DNA of 64,000 bases, taken from assembly GCF_052425735.1 (NCBI RefSeq), contig NC_135761.1, positions 39,990,001 through 40,054,000 on the forward strand, read 5' to 3'. Positions 50,331-64,000 of this stretch are shown in pieces (within the stretch, counting starts at the first letter, position 1; each line of letters begins with the position of its first letter). A model generated the notes under the pieces. The model had not been told where the DNA came from and did no database searches. It was given only the letters and a program-made list of their open reading frames with translations. This stretch comes from Oculina patagonica (Eukaryota). The position numbers and the translations under genes were made by a program.

Positions 50331-53300
50331 GAAACCGAATCGACACAACTCTCCACACTTGCACAAACTGACGACGAAATACTAAACGAAGACACTAAGA
50401 AAGAGGAAAGTTCTTGAACTTTGGCTTGGTTCTTGAACTTTGAATTGGCTACCTCTGGCTGGAAGACGTCTTTCTCACTGATGTACAGCTGTACAAAATG
50501 CAATCAAAGGAGACATTCCGCAACATTTTGAAAGTTTTAAATGGACACTAAGAAGTAACGATACAAATCAAATATATAATCAATCACTGGTAACTAAGTG
50601 CAGCAGAGCCAACGTGATTTCCAAATAACTTACCATGGGGCAGGAGTTTTCATAATAACATACATACTTTAATAAGGCTTTGCATGGTTAATCTTTCATT
50701 GCAGAGGCATTGGTATGCTGTTTCATATAATCTGTAAATAAAATTTATCGGCTGCCATGTTTTCAGCACCACAAACAGGGAAGCTAACGACTTAGGTTCA
50801 AAGCATGGAAGCATTCAATCTTTGTTTAAATCCTCTCTTGTTGCTCTAGTTGCTTTTATTAACAAGATGTTTCTCACCACTTTACCATGACAAACATTCT
50901 ACATTCTCTTCTAACTATGCAATATTGAAATTATTATTTTTTTCTTTAAAACAACTTTGACCACCATTTCATACTACTGGCCTTAACACTATAATACCAC
51001 TGGAAGAAAGCAGCAACTGATGTCAAGGTTTGTAAGCTTCTGCATTTATATTTTATATTATATTTTAAAAAAAGTTTCAAAGCCATGTTAAGATTGCCTA
51101 CGTTATAACAGGTGTCCAAAGCCCCACACTTTTCCCGGAAGTCAGATCCATTGACCAATAAAGGATCTGGGTCGGTTACTAGGAAGATAGTTGAAATGGC
51201 AAAATTTGTGTCAGGAGCTTCTTGTGCATGGTGTATGGACGAAGTTTCTGATGAAATTCTGTGCAAAGAAGCCTTCAAAGCCCTCACTGCTATCACTCAT
51301 TGCCAGGAACAAGTTGGTGTTTGTGCAATTGCATCTCTTTTGCCGTTTTTTTTTGCCCAATTTCCTTATTCAATGTTTTGGTTTTTTCTCAGATTTGATG
51401 CGCCTGAAGGACTACTCCATCAGTTGAGGACATTTTAGCTAAAACCAGGCAAGAGCCCTGAGGAAAAGTGCATCTAAAAACAAAGTTTTGGACAGCATGT
51501 ATAAATTCAAAGGTAACAATTGATTGAGCCTTTAATTGGTTGTGCTTGTACCTGAATAAACAAACCTGCAATAAACATTTTTTTGCAAAAATACAAAGCT
51601 GTATGTTCGATCCATTTTTTTGTTGTACTGTTCAGTTCCAAAAAATCCATACCCACCCCATGGAAGGAAATGAAAGTATGGATCTTAACTCAAATTTTGG
51701 AAACACAAAATTCCATGGAATTTCACAAAACCTTATTTGAGAGGGATATGAACATTTTCTCGAACAACATATGGAAGAGCTTATATGCCTGTGCTCCATC
51801 TGTACTTTTTTGTACATTGATTGATTTTAATTCATAAATGTACCTCTTGTTTTGTTGACACGATGGTTAAAAGTGGTTCATTTTAGGTGTTAGATCCACA
51901 AATACGTAGGAGAGTTTTCACCATCCTTAAGGTCAATTTTCCTACGTTAGCTACTGCAGAAGAGCATTATAACTTGATATTGAGCAACTGTCTGGAGGAG
52001 TTGGAGGCTTCCATAAGTAGTGCCGAGACTGTTAAATCTCCACATAGACTTGTAGACAAAAACACCCAGACTCCAGCCCTTCTCAACACAGCAGGTTCGA
52101 TGAGTGGAACTTATCTTGCAGAAACAACATCCAGCCATGGTATTTCTAAGATTTCATCTCTAGATTGGCAAAAATTGAGTGAACTTACTGACCTGGCATT
52201 TCTTGAGCTCGCAAAAAGAATGGGGATTGAGTCAAATCCTGCAGATTTTGCGTCATTAGCTGTAGAAGGAATGTAAAGACTTCAAGAACAAAAGAAAGGA
52301 AACCTGATTTACAAGTTTGCAATGTGTATTGGAAAAAAACCAGCCAGGAACACAACAGTCGCTGTTTCCACTTGATCGAATGCCATTTGGAGTTGTAGAG
52401 TACCAGATAGAGTTCTTTTCAGCAACCAATATTATGGGGGCAAGTCTTGCTGTGAAAAGTATATCTGAATTCCATGGTATCTGGAGGACCCTTATCTCCA
52501 ATACTTTTCAAAGTTTTTCATGACCACACTTTGACTATTTTGCTTGGAAAGTTTCAAAAAATTGTCTTGATTTGGGGCACATTTCCACCCTTTCTTCACA
52601 AAAACCTGCCTAAACCAGGTTTACATGATCAGTGGAACAGAATATTCATTCGAACTTTTTTTCAGCTCAAACATGCTGACGGAGGTGTGCTCAAGGCCAG
52701 ATGTTTGTGGGGCAACATTAAAACTCCATTTCAAGAATAGAAAAAAAGATCTACATGAGGAAAAAGCTAGGTACAATGGAGTAAAACTATAAATATTATC
52801 GCTCCAAAAACCCCACAAGAAATCGATTTGTTTGAATGATTGGTTTTCGTTTGTTCCCAAAGCTTATGTTCGGCAATCAAAGGTCGCTCTCAATTAACAA
52901 ACAGCTGGGCCAATAGGATAGGATTCCATTTTGTTCGGTAATCACATTAGAGTGAGATTTCTTGTTGACTGCTTTTAAAAATACACTATTTTAAGCAAAG
53001 CATGCAATAAAGTCCCGCTTATCGGCATGAATACCAACCGAAAAAAAAAAAACAACATCAGATTGAATTCCAGTTAATTGTATACTCAATTGGCCCCACG
53101 ACGCAACAAAAACTGGCAAAAAGTGGTGAAGAGTACTACTTTTGCTGTACATCAAAATAGAATCCCCTGTTGATCCTAGTTCCAGTCTGGATGAAACGAC
53201 TCGTGTCCAACAATGCGTATCCAAAGGTTATCAGGAATGTTTGTTTGACATGTCAATTGGTGAAACTTTCCTTGCTGAGAAGAAAATTGGTGACAAAGGC

Positions 53301-54291
53301 AGTGCATTCAAGCTAACTGTCCCCAAGAGAGGTCAACTGGGATATATTCAAATATTTTGACATTTTTAAACTTTTTTACCTTTTTAAATTTTTAAAATCT
53401 TACAGGACCCCTAAGATAACAGTACTCTCAAGTACTGATGGGTTAATTCTGTTAAAATATTCGTTTATTATTATTATTATTATTAGCCCGCGAATAGGGA
53501 ATCAAGTTCTTGTGAGACATCTACAGACGATGATGACAAATGTAACAAAGTGGCGTTATGGGATGACATTGCTTTTGAAAATGAATGCCGATACGATGAT
53601 CGAAGAAAGACCATACTGACTGGCACAGGTGCTATGAAAAGCCAATTAAATTGTTAGTTCAGCCATTCATGTTGTTGAGAGATCAAAAGTTTGTGAGAGC
53701 CAGTTCGACTGAAGAAGTCAATATTTCAGATGTTATTTCTCTAGTCAGTCTGATGCGCAAAGGAGACGTCTCCAGGTTTTCACTAGCCAACACAACATTC
53801 CTGGAAGCCTACTGTGTCAGGAACTTAAGTGTTAATCTTGTTGCTTTTCCAGACAGTAATTAGTTTGCTGTGATTCAAGATTATAGAACCTTTAGTTTTG
53901 TTTTACGCCAGCAGTTTTCGCCATTCACACTCATCATCCTCTGCCCCGATGGTAGGACCATGTGCTTTTATAAAATGGTGTTGTTGTGTTATGGCGCTTG
54001 TATTTTTGTCTGAGATCTTTGCTCAAGTTTATCTTAGTTTTCACGGGACAGTGTCAATGTTCAGAATGGCAAGAACGAGCAACAACGTATGTATGGACAG
54101 CGTGAACTTTAATTTCTCTTGCTTCTTGTATTTTTCATGTTGCTCGCTTCGTATGGTTACAAAACATTATGTTATTTTTGTCACCTAGGTTTTACCTACT
54201 TACATTGTATCTACGAATAAATGGAGTTGAACCGTCTGTTGTGTACCTTGGATCGATGCTGTTACAGTAAAACATTGTTGAAGTCTTCGAT

Positions 54292-54556
54292 TTGCCAGCC
54301 AACTGGGAGATTGAAAGTGTGTTTTCAAGTTCTCTTCGAACTCTGTTACCTTGAAATTTGTTTTCTCCAAGTTGCCAGCCAACTGGGAGATTGAAAGTGT
54401 GTTTTCAAGTTGTCTTCGAACTCTGTTACCTTGAAATTTGTTCGCTCCAAGTTGCCAGCCAACCGGGAGATTAAAAGTGTGTTTTCAAGTTCTCTTCAAA
54501 CTCTGTTACCTTGAAATTTGTTCGCTCCAAGTTGCCAGTTAACCGGGAGATTGAAA
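54292..54556. repeat. 80-bp tandem repeat, ~3.3 copies
   Basis: TTGCCAG starts at 54292, 54372, 54452 and 54532. Confidence 0.95.
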
Positions 54557-56182
54557 ACTAAAGACCTACAGGACACAGCATCCAAATTTTTCTCAGAGCC
54601 GCAGCATCAGTTTGATGTTAAGATGACTGCTGCTTCGCCAAAAAGAAGAGGGGTCCGAAGACTAATCATAACCTGAAGGTCCACCATTGGGGGTACCCAA
54701 ATGGATAACCTCACTTGCGCTTTTCAGACCATGTGCAGCCTTGTAAATATCACCAGCGCCAGTGGTTTTTGCCCACCCTTTGTTGAAAGATTGTCCACTT
54801 TAAGAAATTGAGTTAAGCATCGTCTAACTGCGGTTGGATAGTGGATCTTTTCGTTTTGTTGTTTTGATTGTTGTCCTTTGTGCTGATGTTTTATATGTAT
54901 ATTGTTTTCATTTGCTGTGTGTCTGTTTGTTGGTCTGTCTTGCTGTTCGACTGCTTCTTTGTATGTCTTTCTTACCATGCCTTTTATTGGTTTTGTTGCC
55001 ATTTGGCTTTGTGTTTGAATGTTTGTGCATTTTTTTATGTTTATTTTCAATCATATGCAAGTATATTGTGATTTCCCTGTTTCAATAAGAAAAATTGTCA
55101 GGTGACTAAACTGCTAGTTATGTTCATCTGGAAAACATAATAACAATAGTGGCTATCATTAAAATATAACATCCAATCTAACTATTTGTATGTTTTGACA
55201 GGGTACTCTAAATGGACTTTTATAAATCAAAGCCCCTTAAACAAAGTTCTCTTTTGGCATTTTTAAACCACTAACAGCCAAATCAGGGGCTAAAAGAAAA
55301 TGTGATCACCCGACTGTTCTTCCAGAGAAGACAACTAAGAGAAGTGGAGAAAAAGGAAATGTTGATGAGAAAAAAGAAGTCACCCGAAAAAACCTCCACT
55401 AACAGAAAGTTCTTACCACAGTTGCAGGAACAGTTAAGCTGAGTATGCACACAAAATGACTTGTAAAATGTGTTGCGCTTTTTCCCACTTGGCAGGCAAA
55501 ACAGAATTTTTGTCAGGATGCCGCACAATTTTTGTCAGGATGCCGCATACTGTCTTATGGAATAGACAAAGAGTTGACTGCAGACTTATAGCCAGGATTT
55601 AAAAAGTGGGAGTCCAAAATTGTTACAAGGCCTGACTTATAAAAGGAGGGTCTGAGAAGTATGCAAGGTGTTTTTCTGCAGTTATGAGTGCAAAAGTATC
55701 CAAAAAGTTCCAGATTTCCTGGAGACCTCTGTTTACAATTATTCATATTAATTTTCTCTGAAAAGTGGCCGTCCAAAGGACCCCTGGACTCCCACCTTGC
55801 TAAAAGCCTGGTTGACTGTAATATAAATTCCATAACAATGTATTGGCAATTTAACTGAAGACAAAGTATTATATAAAGATGATTATTCTACCATGTTTCT
55901 ATAAATTTCAGATTTAAAATGTTATAAACACACCCACATGATGTATAAATTGATGGACCTGACAATCCACACACTTTATTTTGTTTTTATAAAAAGTGCA
56001 TTGTTTTGTGTTTATTGCTCTGTTTTGGGCACATTAAAAAATGTGAGAACTTTTAAATCTACTATACAGATTAGTCTCAACTCAAATTCGTTCCCAAACA
56101 GTTGCTGTAGACCTTGTCTGTTCAAATTTGTGACTTTCAGTTCTGGCAGAATTATAAATAATTTTGATTCCTTTTTTTACCC

Positions 56183-56904
56183 GGAAAAAGAATCAAAGGG
56201 TAAAAACCCTTAATTTTCCACATCTATAACAGTAGAAGAAAAGGAAAGATATCTTAAATTCATGGATGTTGACTACAAGTCATCCGAGCATTCCATGTAC
56301 GAGACATAGGAGAAAGAGAGGAATGGCTCGGGTTATGCAAGCCCAGATGTGGAAAGGCCAAGAAAAAAGGTGTTTTTCGTCAGCACACTTCCTTGGCGAA
56401 GTCCTGCACTGACGCAGGTTATGCACAGCCTGGACCATAAAGCCACTTGCAGGAGAAGTGCCAAAGGCACCAATATGTTAGTGCAAAGACGCCAGTCAGG
56501 CATCATCGCAAGCTGCCTTGCTCCTGATGATGCCTTTGCACTAGGAAAAAGAATTAAAGAATAAAAACCCTTAATTTTCCACATCTATAACAGTAGAAGA
56601 AAAGGAAAGATATCTTAAATTCATGGATGTTGACTACAAGTCATCCGAGCATTCCATGTCCGAGACATAGGAGGAAGAGAGGAATGGCTCGGGTTATGAA
56701 AGCCCAGATGAAGAAAGGCCAAGAAAAAAGGTGTTTTCTGTCAGCACACTTCCTTGGCGAAGTCCTGCACTGACGCAGGTTATGAACAGCCTGGACTATA
56801 AAGCCACTTGCAGGAGGAGTGCCAAAGGCACCAATATGTTAGTGCAAAGACGCCAGTCAGGCATCATCGCAAGCTGCCTTGCTCCTGATGATGCCTTTGC
56901 ACTA
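56183..56904 (+). repeat. 361-bp tandem duplication of a degenerate coding segment (LPWRS..L...LD motif)
   Basis: Units begin at 56183 and 56544 and are near-identical. Confidence 0.9.
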
Positions 56905-57000
56905 GCATAATGATGCCTTTTGTCCTGCTTTTGACGACTCTAGCTCTTATCCATAAGTACTTTTCAGTGTTAGTGTACGTGTAAAATAAAACATTCTTAA

Positions 57001-57357
57001 AGGGACACTATCACATGATTTTTATTCATTTTTTGCGTTCTTTGTAAAAAGTACTAAAATGTGCAAAGCCTGTACTCCCAGATGTACACAAAATGCACCT
57101 ACATTGTAGAACATCAAGGCGAAGGTATCAAATTGTATTCATGGGATAGAGACATCAAGTGCTTTTAGTTGTTTTCTTTGGGCACTAGGACAAAACTTGA
57201 AAGTAAGCCTTACCGCATACACAGATCATTGCAAACCTGCAGGACATCGGAACAAGCTTTTGGGCAGTGTTGCGCAGATAGATTTTATTAAGAGTTTTTG
57301 TGACGTCGTGCTCCAACATAGGCTAATTTTTGAAGTGAAATTTGTGGCAGTGTCCCT
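57001..57357. mobile_element. Kolobok-type non-autonomous element
   Basis: TTAA|AGGGACACT(A/G)..CACA TIR...AGTGTCCCT|TTAA. Confidence 0.75.
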
Positions 57358-58119
57358 TTAACAAGAATGGAAGGAATTTTGGTGAAAGGGTAACGAAACA
57401 GATCATTTGACAGGGTTGGAAAAACAGCCCGGGATTGGTAATTACCGATCAAATTCACCAGCCAAAAATGAAAAGAAAGATAATAATAATAATTAAATTT
57501 TAAAAATATATATATTAAAGTGCACAAAAATCACCCGTCAATCTGTTTTTCCTTAATTCCAACCCTGTTTGACCTGGACAGACAAGACTTTAGCAATTTA
57601 CCAGTTAGCAAAATACAAATAGTTGTTTTCACCTCTGCACTAAAACAGATGTACATAAACTAAGATTTAAGAATAAAAAAAAACACCCTTTCTTGTTTCA
57701 TGTCTTTTGAGGACTTTAGGTATTGAAGTTTAAATTAACTTGAAGCACGGATTAGCCACTAGGGGTACTATATAAAAATCCCGTTTAAGTGTCTTAAATT
57801 TTGTGTGATTTGAGCTGAATCATGAATAGCCTAATTGCAAATCAATTAACTATACACTTGCTTTTATATTGACTGCAACTCAGGTATAGAGGCGGTCTAC
57901 GATTAATTATTCTATAGCTATACATTACATGTATTTTATACAAGTTTTTCTTATTTTTTCTTAAAGAGTACTGTTTTAAAACTATCCATAGTTTATCTTT
58001 TTTGACATCGAGTCAAAAAAATGATGCATTGCTTGCGAAGCAAAAGGCGGTCCTAAAATTGCCCATCCTGCAGGGAGTGCAAAAAGAGGAAAAACCGTAC
58101 AACACAATGATTGCATCCT

Positions 58120-58860
58120 TCAGGTACCAGTGTCACTTCTTCGTGTAACAAATGAGCATTTGGCACGGTTTATGAATATGCTTCAGCATTCTGGGGTCAA
58201 GGATGAGCTTCAATTTCAAGGCATTACACTGAGAGGCTCGCTCGATAGCAATGTTGATGCTTGGCCAATGAGCACAAAGGACCTGATCGACTTTGGCAAC
58301 GAGAATATTGAACGCCTTATCAGCTAGTTTCAACCATTATTGCAGAAGGCTGGATGTGATGTTTTTCGATTGCCGAAGAGCGGTTCTCTCTTAAGGTTCT
58401 CGTCAATACTACAATGGGCGCCAAAAGTGTTGAGACAGTCCGCACTTTTTGAGTACCTTGGAAAAAATTTTACCCCTCACCCCTTCAATATTACCCCCTC
58501 CCCCCGAAACAATGTTGTATTTGCTATCTGCAAGACTTGCCTCGTTTGAGTACAACATTGAAAAGGGGGGAGGGGAGTGGTTCAGAAGGGGCAGCAGATT
58601 AAAGGTGAAAAAACGGGAATTTTAATTAGCATCAATTTCATCCAACTGTCTTAAGGACTTTTGACGCCCATTGTAGCTTAAGAGACAAGGACTATGCAAG
58701 TTTGTTGGAGACCCTCCTTATCAAGATGGCCTAAAAGAATACTTCAAATATGTTCTCCATCTTCTTGAAATCCTCCTTGTACTACCAATTTGTGCCACGC
58801 AGTGGGAAAGGGCAATTTCAGTGCAAAACCAAATCAAAAGCAGCTAACATGTCAGTCTCC
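58120..58860 (+). pseudogene. hAT (ZNF862-like) transposase remnant; acidic ORF 62463-62768 may be its C-terminal tail
   Basis: WP...LIDFGNENIERL..FQPLLQKAG; LHLLEILLVLPICATQWERAISVQNQIKS. Confidence 0.55.
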
Positions 58861-59981
58861 CCGTCTTTGTTGGAATATTTAATTCGAATTTCAGGTGAGG
58901 AGTTTGTACAATACTGAACCTGTGTAAGACAGACTTGAAGATGGCATGCCTCATAAATCTTGTTGTTGGTGGTGTAGTTAAATGCCGTATTTTAAACAGT
59001 ACAAAAAGAACAAAAGTGTTTCTATTGGCGAACAATTATCTCAATATTTTTTATTGTGGCCGCCGACTTACGTCGGGGACTGGATTGTTCAATAAAAAAG
59101 TGTGAGGGCCTCACACTAGCACATAAATTGTCATTGCATTTTTGTTCCGTTTTGGCAAAGAACAGATGCTTTAATTGCACACTTAGTTGAATCTAGATAT
59201 AGAAAGAAGGCCCTCGTATGTCTTATACACAAAACTTAACAGGATACCAGCATAGTTTCAACGATAAGAGAAAGAAATCCAAAGCCTTTGCAAGAACGTT
59301 GATAAACACACTCATTGAGATGAAGGACTCTGTTACTGCTACACGGTTTTTGTGAGTCTCTCCTTTAATAGATGTATTTGTGCCTTTGGCCACCAAAACC
59401 TTTTCATCTGGGGACCAAAATTCTTAGGTTAGTCGCCAGTTGACTCCCTAAGAAAAAAGTTCATTTCAAGCCCTAAGCACAGGTTGTTTACAGTAGAAGA
59501 AATAATGGTGCATTCTGCTTGGGGAAAAGCATCCAATTTCAAAATTGTAACAAAAACCATTGTGCTACTGGTGGGGGTGACTAAATGGTGACATCCGTGA
59601 TGCTGCTGGTTATGCATTATTATTTTCAATAAATATACAGCCTCATTGATGCTAGTATCTGCCAGTAGTTTCCCACTTACCCTCAGTTGGAAGATGGCTC
59701 AGTTCAAGAAATTGACTAAGCGTTGTCTACCTGGGGATGGAGTGTGGGTCTTTCTGTTAGGTATTGACCTTTTGACAAGACTTGCATCATTCGGTACCAA
59801 TCTGATGGTCAATGGGGTCAATACGTTAAAAATGAAAACATTAAGACCTTTATAAAGGTATTTCCTGTGGCTTCCTGAAAGTGAATGGCCTCAGCCCCGT
59901 ATGACCTGGACGATATATCAGTCAATGATCTTAACGTCAAGAAGGTCCAAGATTACAGTTATGTTTTTTATAAAATGACAG

Positions 59982-60160
59982 GTAAACTATTGTGGAAGAA
60001 GACTTGAAGGTTTTGGTTTGAATGATGGTGAAGTCATGGAACATTTGTGGTGTTATTTGAGACCAACTGCAAAATAACCAAGGAGAAGACACCCGCCAAC
60101 AGAGTAGATGCATTAACAGACTTACTTATGCACTATGCAAAGAAATCAATTTTAGCCATT
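59982..60160 (+). pseudogene. KDZ (Kyakuja-Dileera-Zisupton) transposase exon remnant
   Basis: AG-bounded exon reading RRLEGFGLNDGEVMEHLWCYL...TKEKTPANRVDAL (GxGLxDGExxExxWxxL motif). Confidence 0.65.
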
Positions 60161-63100
60161 GGTATGAGATGTTAGTTAGTCTAAATTCCTCTTATATGGT
60201 TTTTATATATCCTTTTTTTATAAATATGCATTCTGCAAGCGAGTGTCTATGTGACCATTTGAGGAAAGCCATTGATTTCCAGAAGGAAACTGAAGGACAG
60301 CTGAATTTGCTCCTGAGCAAATTGAATGAGACACGTTTGGTGTAAAATATATCGCTTACTTCAAGTTATTGAATAGACCTTTCAGCTACGCAACTATGTA
60401 AATTGCCCATTGTACATGTAGATTTTTTAACAATACTGATAGGAGTTTCTAAGTAGGTAATAACCAGGCAACGTACGTTTTAGAGACACGTTATTTTGCT
60501 ATTGAAATGATTACGTTACCTTCCATAAAAAAATCCCCATTTATCCACTAACTAGATACTTAGCTGTTCACTTCCTCACACGAAGTTTTGCAATTTTTTT
60601 GAAATGGTACTAATACTTATTTGCTATTGTCCATGCATGGTAAATGTTCTGACAGATGGTTTCTTCTGCAGTTGATGAAGAAGTATGCAGGTAATTTATC
60701 AAATAATTAATGGAGATTTGGCGGTAACAAAAACTCTAACATTCCAGGTGTTCTAACTAACCCTTGTTTTCTCTTTGGGGCAAAGTGAACTGTCCTTATA
60801 AAAGGTGTCCGAAAAGTTTTTATTAAAGGTGTCAGCGGTTATACCTTACTACTAATGTTTGGCTCGTTATTGTTTTTGGTAATATTGCATTGACCTACTA
60901 GCCTCATTAATGTTAATGTTGGGGATATCCAATCAATGAAAATCGATGATCGGAAAACCAATCAATATCAATCGATAAAATTAGTTAATTGGTATCGATT
61001 GGTATGGGTCAATCGATGATCAATCGATAATCACACAAAAACCGTTGACCAATTGCTATCGATTGGCACGTTAAACTCGAAAAAGACGTCATACACGCTA
61101 CATGTCCGATCATCCGCCATTTTTAGGAAGCTCTGGTCAGGAAATTGGTAAAAAATTTTGGCCCAGTCTTCTCAATGCAAAGAACAAACACCGCTGCACA
61201 TGTACTCGAATTACCCACTTGCCCGTCATTGCCTTTCCATTTCATTATGTCTACACAAGAAGTCCAGGAAGAGGCTCTACTGAATATATGATGCGTTGTC
61301 AAAGGCTATCATCTTTGCCGTTTTGAGGTGAATGTCGGTGAAGTGTTTACTGCTAACAAGAAGAGGGGAGAACGCGGAAACGCGTTTACGAGTACGTAGT
61401 TAACCATTGTGGACAGCTCGGCCACCTACAATCCGAGCTTGTCGATCCTCTTTGGCCACTTGTACAGCAAACACCTAAACTAAAATGACCCATCCCTTAC
61501 CACTATGATGAAAAAAAGGAACGTCTTTTTTATCTTTTGCTGCATATTTTATTTCTTTTAGACGCAATAGGCGTCTTCATTCATTTTTTTTAGTTTGCAT
61601 GTATGTGAACTTTGTTTTAAGCACGATTAGGTTTTGTATTATCAGGCTAGGTATTGCTGTTTTTTTAATTATTTTGCAACAACTCATGCTGCTGTTGTTG
61701 ACAATTTTATTGTTTGCTAAAGTTCAACTTACATTACCAGAATTTTTCTGTGCAGGGCACAATGCAACCACTTTCCGTTTTTAGAAATCTGTAGTTTTGA
61801 CCCATGTCTGCACGTATTAAATAGTTTTCCACTTTGGATAACGTTTTTAAACTTTTAAACGTTTCGGTTTCTGAGAGTATTGTTCTCCTGTTAAGGTTGA
61901 AAGCATTAAAATGAAATGTGTTTGCAATTACTGCATACAAAGATGTAATATTTATGTGTCGATTACGTCAGCTTTTAGATTTTGAAACATGACAGATTAC
62001 TAATGAATGCTTGCAACTATTTAACTTTATAAATGGACACATCTTCTAGCCAATCAGAGCCTGACCTTCCCACTTTCAACATCTCTTTTGGAAAAAACCC
62101 ACAGGAGACAACTAAATTTCATCTATTGCCTTTTTCATTGGTAACGGCTGCTCACCAGAATCTCAGTATGATGAGATCTTTTTTTTCCCCACATTTGCAA
62201 GCACAGTGCAAAAATCATCTCCGCAATGTCTTCATGTCCACTGCACAAGAGTGAATTTTGAGCAACACTTCTTTCAAATCAATTTGCTTATGTATGCTAT
62301 ATTTTAATAGCAATTCTTTACAAGATATATATTTTGTTATCCTTAAACGTTTCTTGCATTAGTATTATTTATTTACATTGTTCAATTATTTTAAATTGTG
62401 TGGCTATCAGTAATTAACCAGTATAAAAAGACCCATCTTCTACTAAATTTAGACTTTTTCACATGTCTTATCATCACAAAGTAGATAACTGGCTAAAACA
62501 GAAGCGAAGGAAAAAGTTGAAAAGAGCAACTATATCTCAGCCCAAAGTGAATTTGGAATCGTCCAAGCTCCAAGTGTCAAATGCAGAAACTCTGAATGAC
62601 CATGAAGAGTTAAATGAAGGTGACGATGGAGAACATGATGAGGACGGAGCTGAAGCTACTCCAGATGAAAGCGCCCAGGAGAATGAAGCGGCTCCTGCAG
62701 AGCCTGAGCCTGATAATGGTTATGACTCAGCATTTGAAAGTGATTATGGAAGTGACGATGAGTTTTGAGACTCCTTTTTGGCAGAAAATCATACTCCTTA
62801 TGTTGTTTTAATAAATTCTTTCTAGGAACATTGACATTGTTTGAAGTAATGAGTTACATTATGTTTGGTTAAAGAATATATTCATTATATGAGTAAAGTA
62901 ATTGTTGTTATCTAATTTTTAAAACAGCAGGTCTGTATCCCTAAAAATGATTCCTGCTTATCTAATTTCAAATTCAATGACAGATTGTTTTGATTGTTTT
63001 GATTTGTATTTCCTTAGCAGTGGCTCAATTACTTAACGAATAACTTGAGTGTCACAGTGAGGATTGTCAGAGTGAAAATGTTTTTCACTTGGCATGACCT

Positions 63101-64000
63101 TGTTACAAGACAATGCCGAACAACAGCAAGACCGTTTGGAAATGCACCAACTGCAAGAGAAGCAATGCAAAGCCATTACATGACAGTTCTGCAGTTCCAG
63201 TATCAACTACCACTTGTTCTTCTCAATCTCGTGATAGTGAACCTGAGGTAATTGAACTAGACATGTACAATGCACTCGATTCCTGACAGTGAAGAAAAAA
63301 GTGCTGATGGCATTGAAGTTACTATGGTTGCAACTTGTGAATCTGAAAATGCTATAGGGAGATTTTATTTTCAATTATTAAATGTATCTATAAACCGTGT
63401 TTATAGAGACATGTTTAAGAAATTTTGCTTCAATGCAAAACCTTTCCTCAAGTAATATCATTAATGTTTTTGTTATTGATGAAGCCCACCCCATTGATTC
63501 TTAAGGCTTTTATTTCCATATTTTTAGGCTCATCACAGAGAATTGCACAAAAGATAAAAAAATTCCATTTTCCTTTTTCAAATATCTGTTTTAGAATTTG
63601 TGATATTTAAGCTTAAAACGTTTGTAAAATATGCAAATTAGACGTTGAAGAGTCAAAAGGTGACAATTATTTTACATCTGCAGTAAATTTTTGTTTTGAT
63701 GTCTGCGAGATCTTTCCGTGAATGTTTTACAAACCCACTGTTTGCCTTTATGAACTTGGAACTTTTGGTTAGTAATTAATTATATTTACCACTCATTAAT
63801 TATTTTGGTGTTCTTCTGATAAGCAAGACAAGTTCTTAGACTGCTTATCGAACATCGTCCAATTTAATGCTCATTAAACTGGTTCAGTAAAGCATAGATG
63901 CAAGGCATAGATGTGTCTATCGAAAGGTGTAGTAAAGCAGAGTAAGTAATTAGGCCAACCCATTGGGGCGCTTTTGCAAATTATTCCAAATTGTATAGCA

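Noticed and set aside
54292-54556. CRISPR-like array
   Set aside because: Units are contiguous and near-identical with no unique spacers; eukaryotic context with no cas genes.
55505-55548. 22-bp tandem duplication
   Set aside because: Ordinary slippage event with no further structure.
60921-61070. ATCGAT-rich subterminal array of a DNA transposon
   Set aside because: The opposite terminus could not be located, so no element could be delimited.

Overview
Eukaryotic (intron-containing, AT-rich) DNA, most likely from a cnidarian such as a stony coral; this is inferred only from the repeat families. The window is a transposon graveyard with no clearly intact host gene. Its centrepiece is a young, essentially complete 9.1-kb AcademH-type DNA transposon (3647-12754). 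It has ~100-bp TAG...CTA TIRs and a perfect 9-bp TSD, and it encodes a 4-exon DDE (DUF6589-like) transposase and a convergent, intact 2-exon RecQ-like helicase. It sits in one arm of a long inverted repeat whose other arm preserves the empty site, and that repeat interrupts an older, ~20-kb-spanning minus-strand Academ-like transposase pseudogene. Further on are other Academ derivatives, Crypton (tyrosine recombinase) elements sharing a terminal hairpin plus three palindromic core-like sites, and a frameshifted BRCT-HIRAN gene. The rest comprises THAP, P-element, Harbinger/ISL2EU, hAT, Kolobok(P), KDZ and BEL/Pao remnants, SINEs, a Helentron-like element, MITEs and tandem duplications. Family calls come from motif recognition, not database searches, and identity levels are eyeballed.
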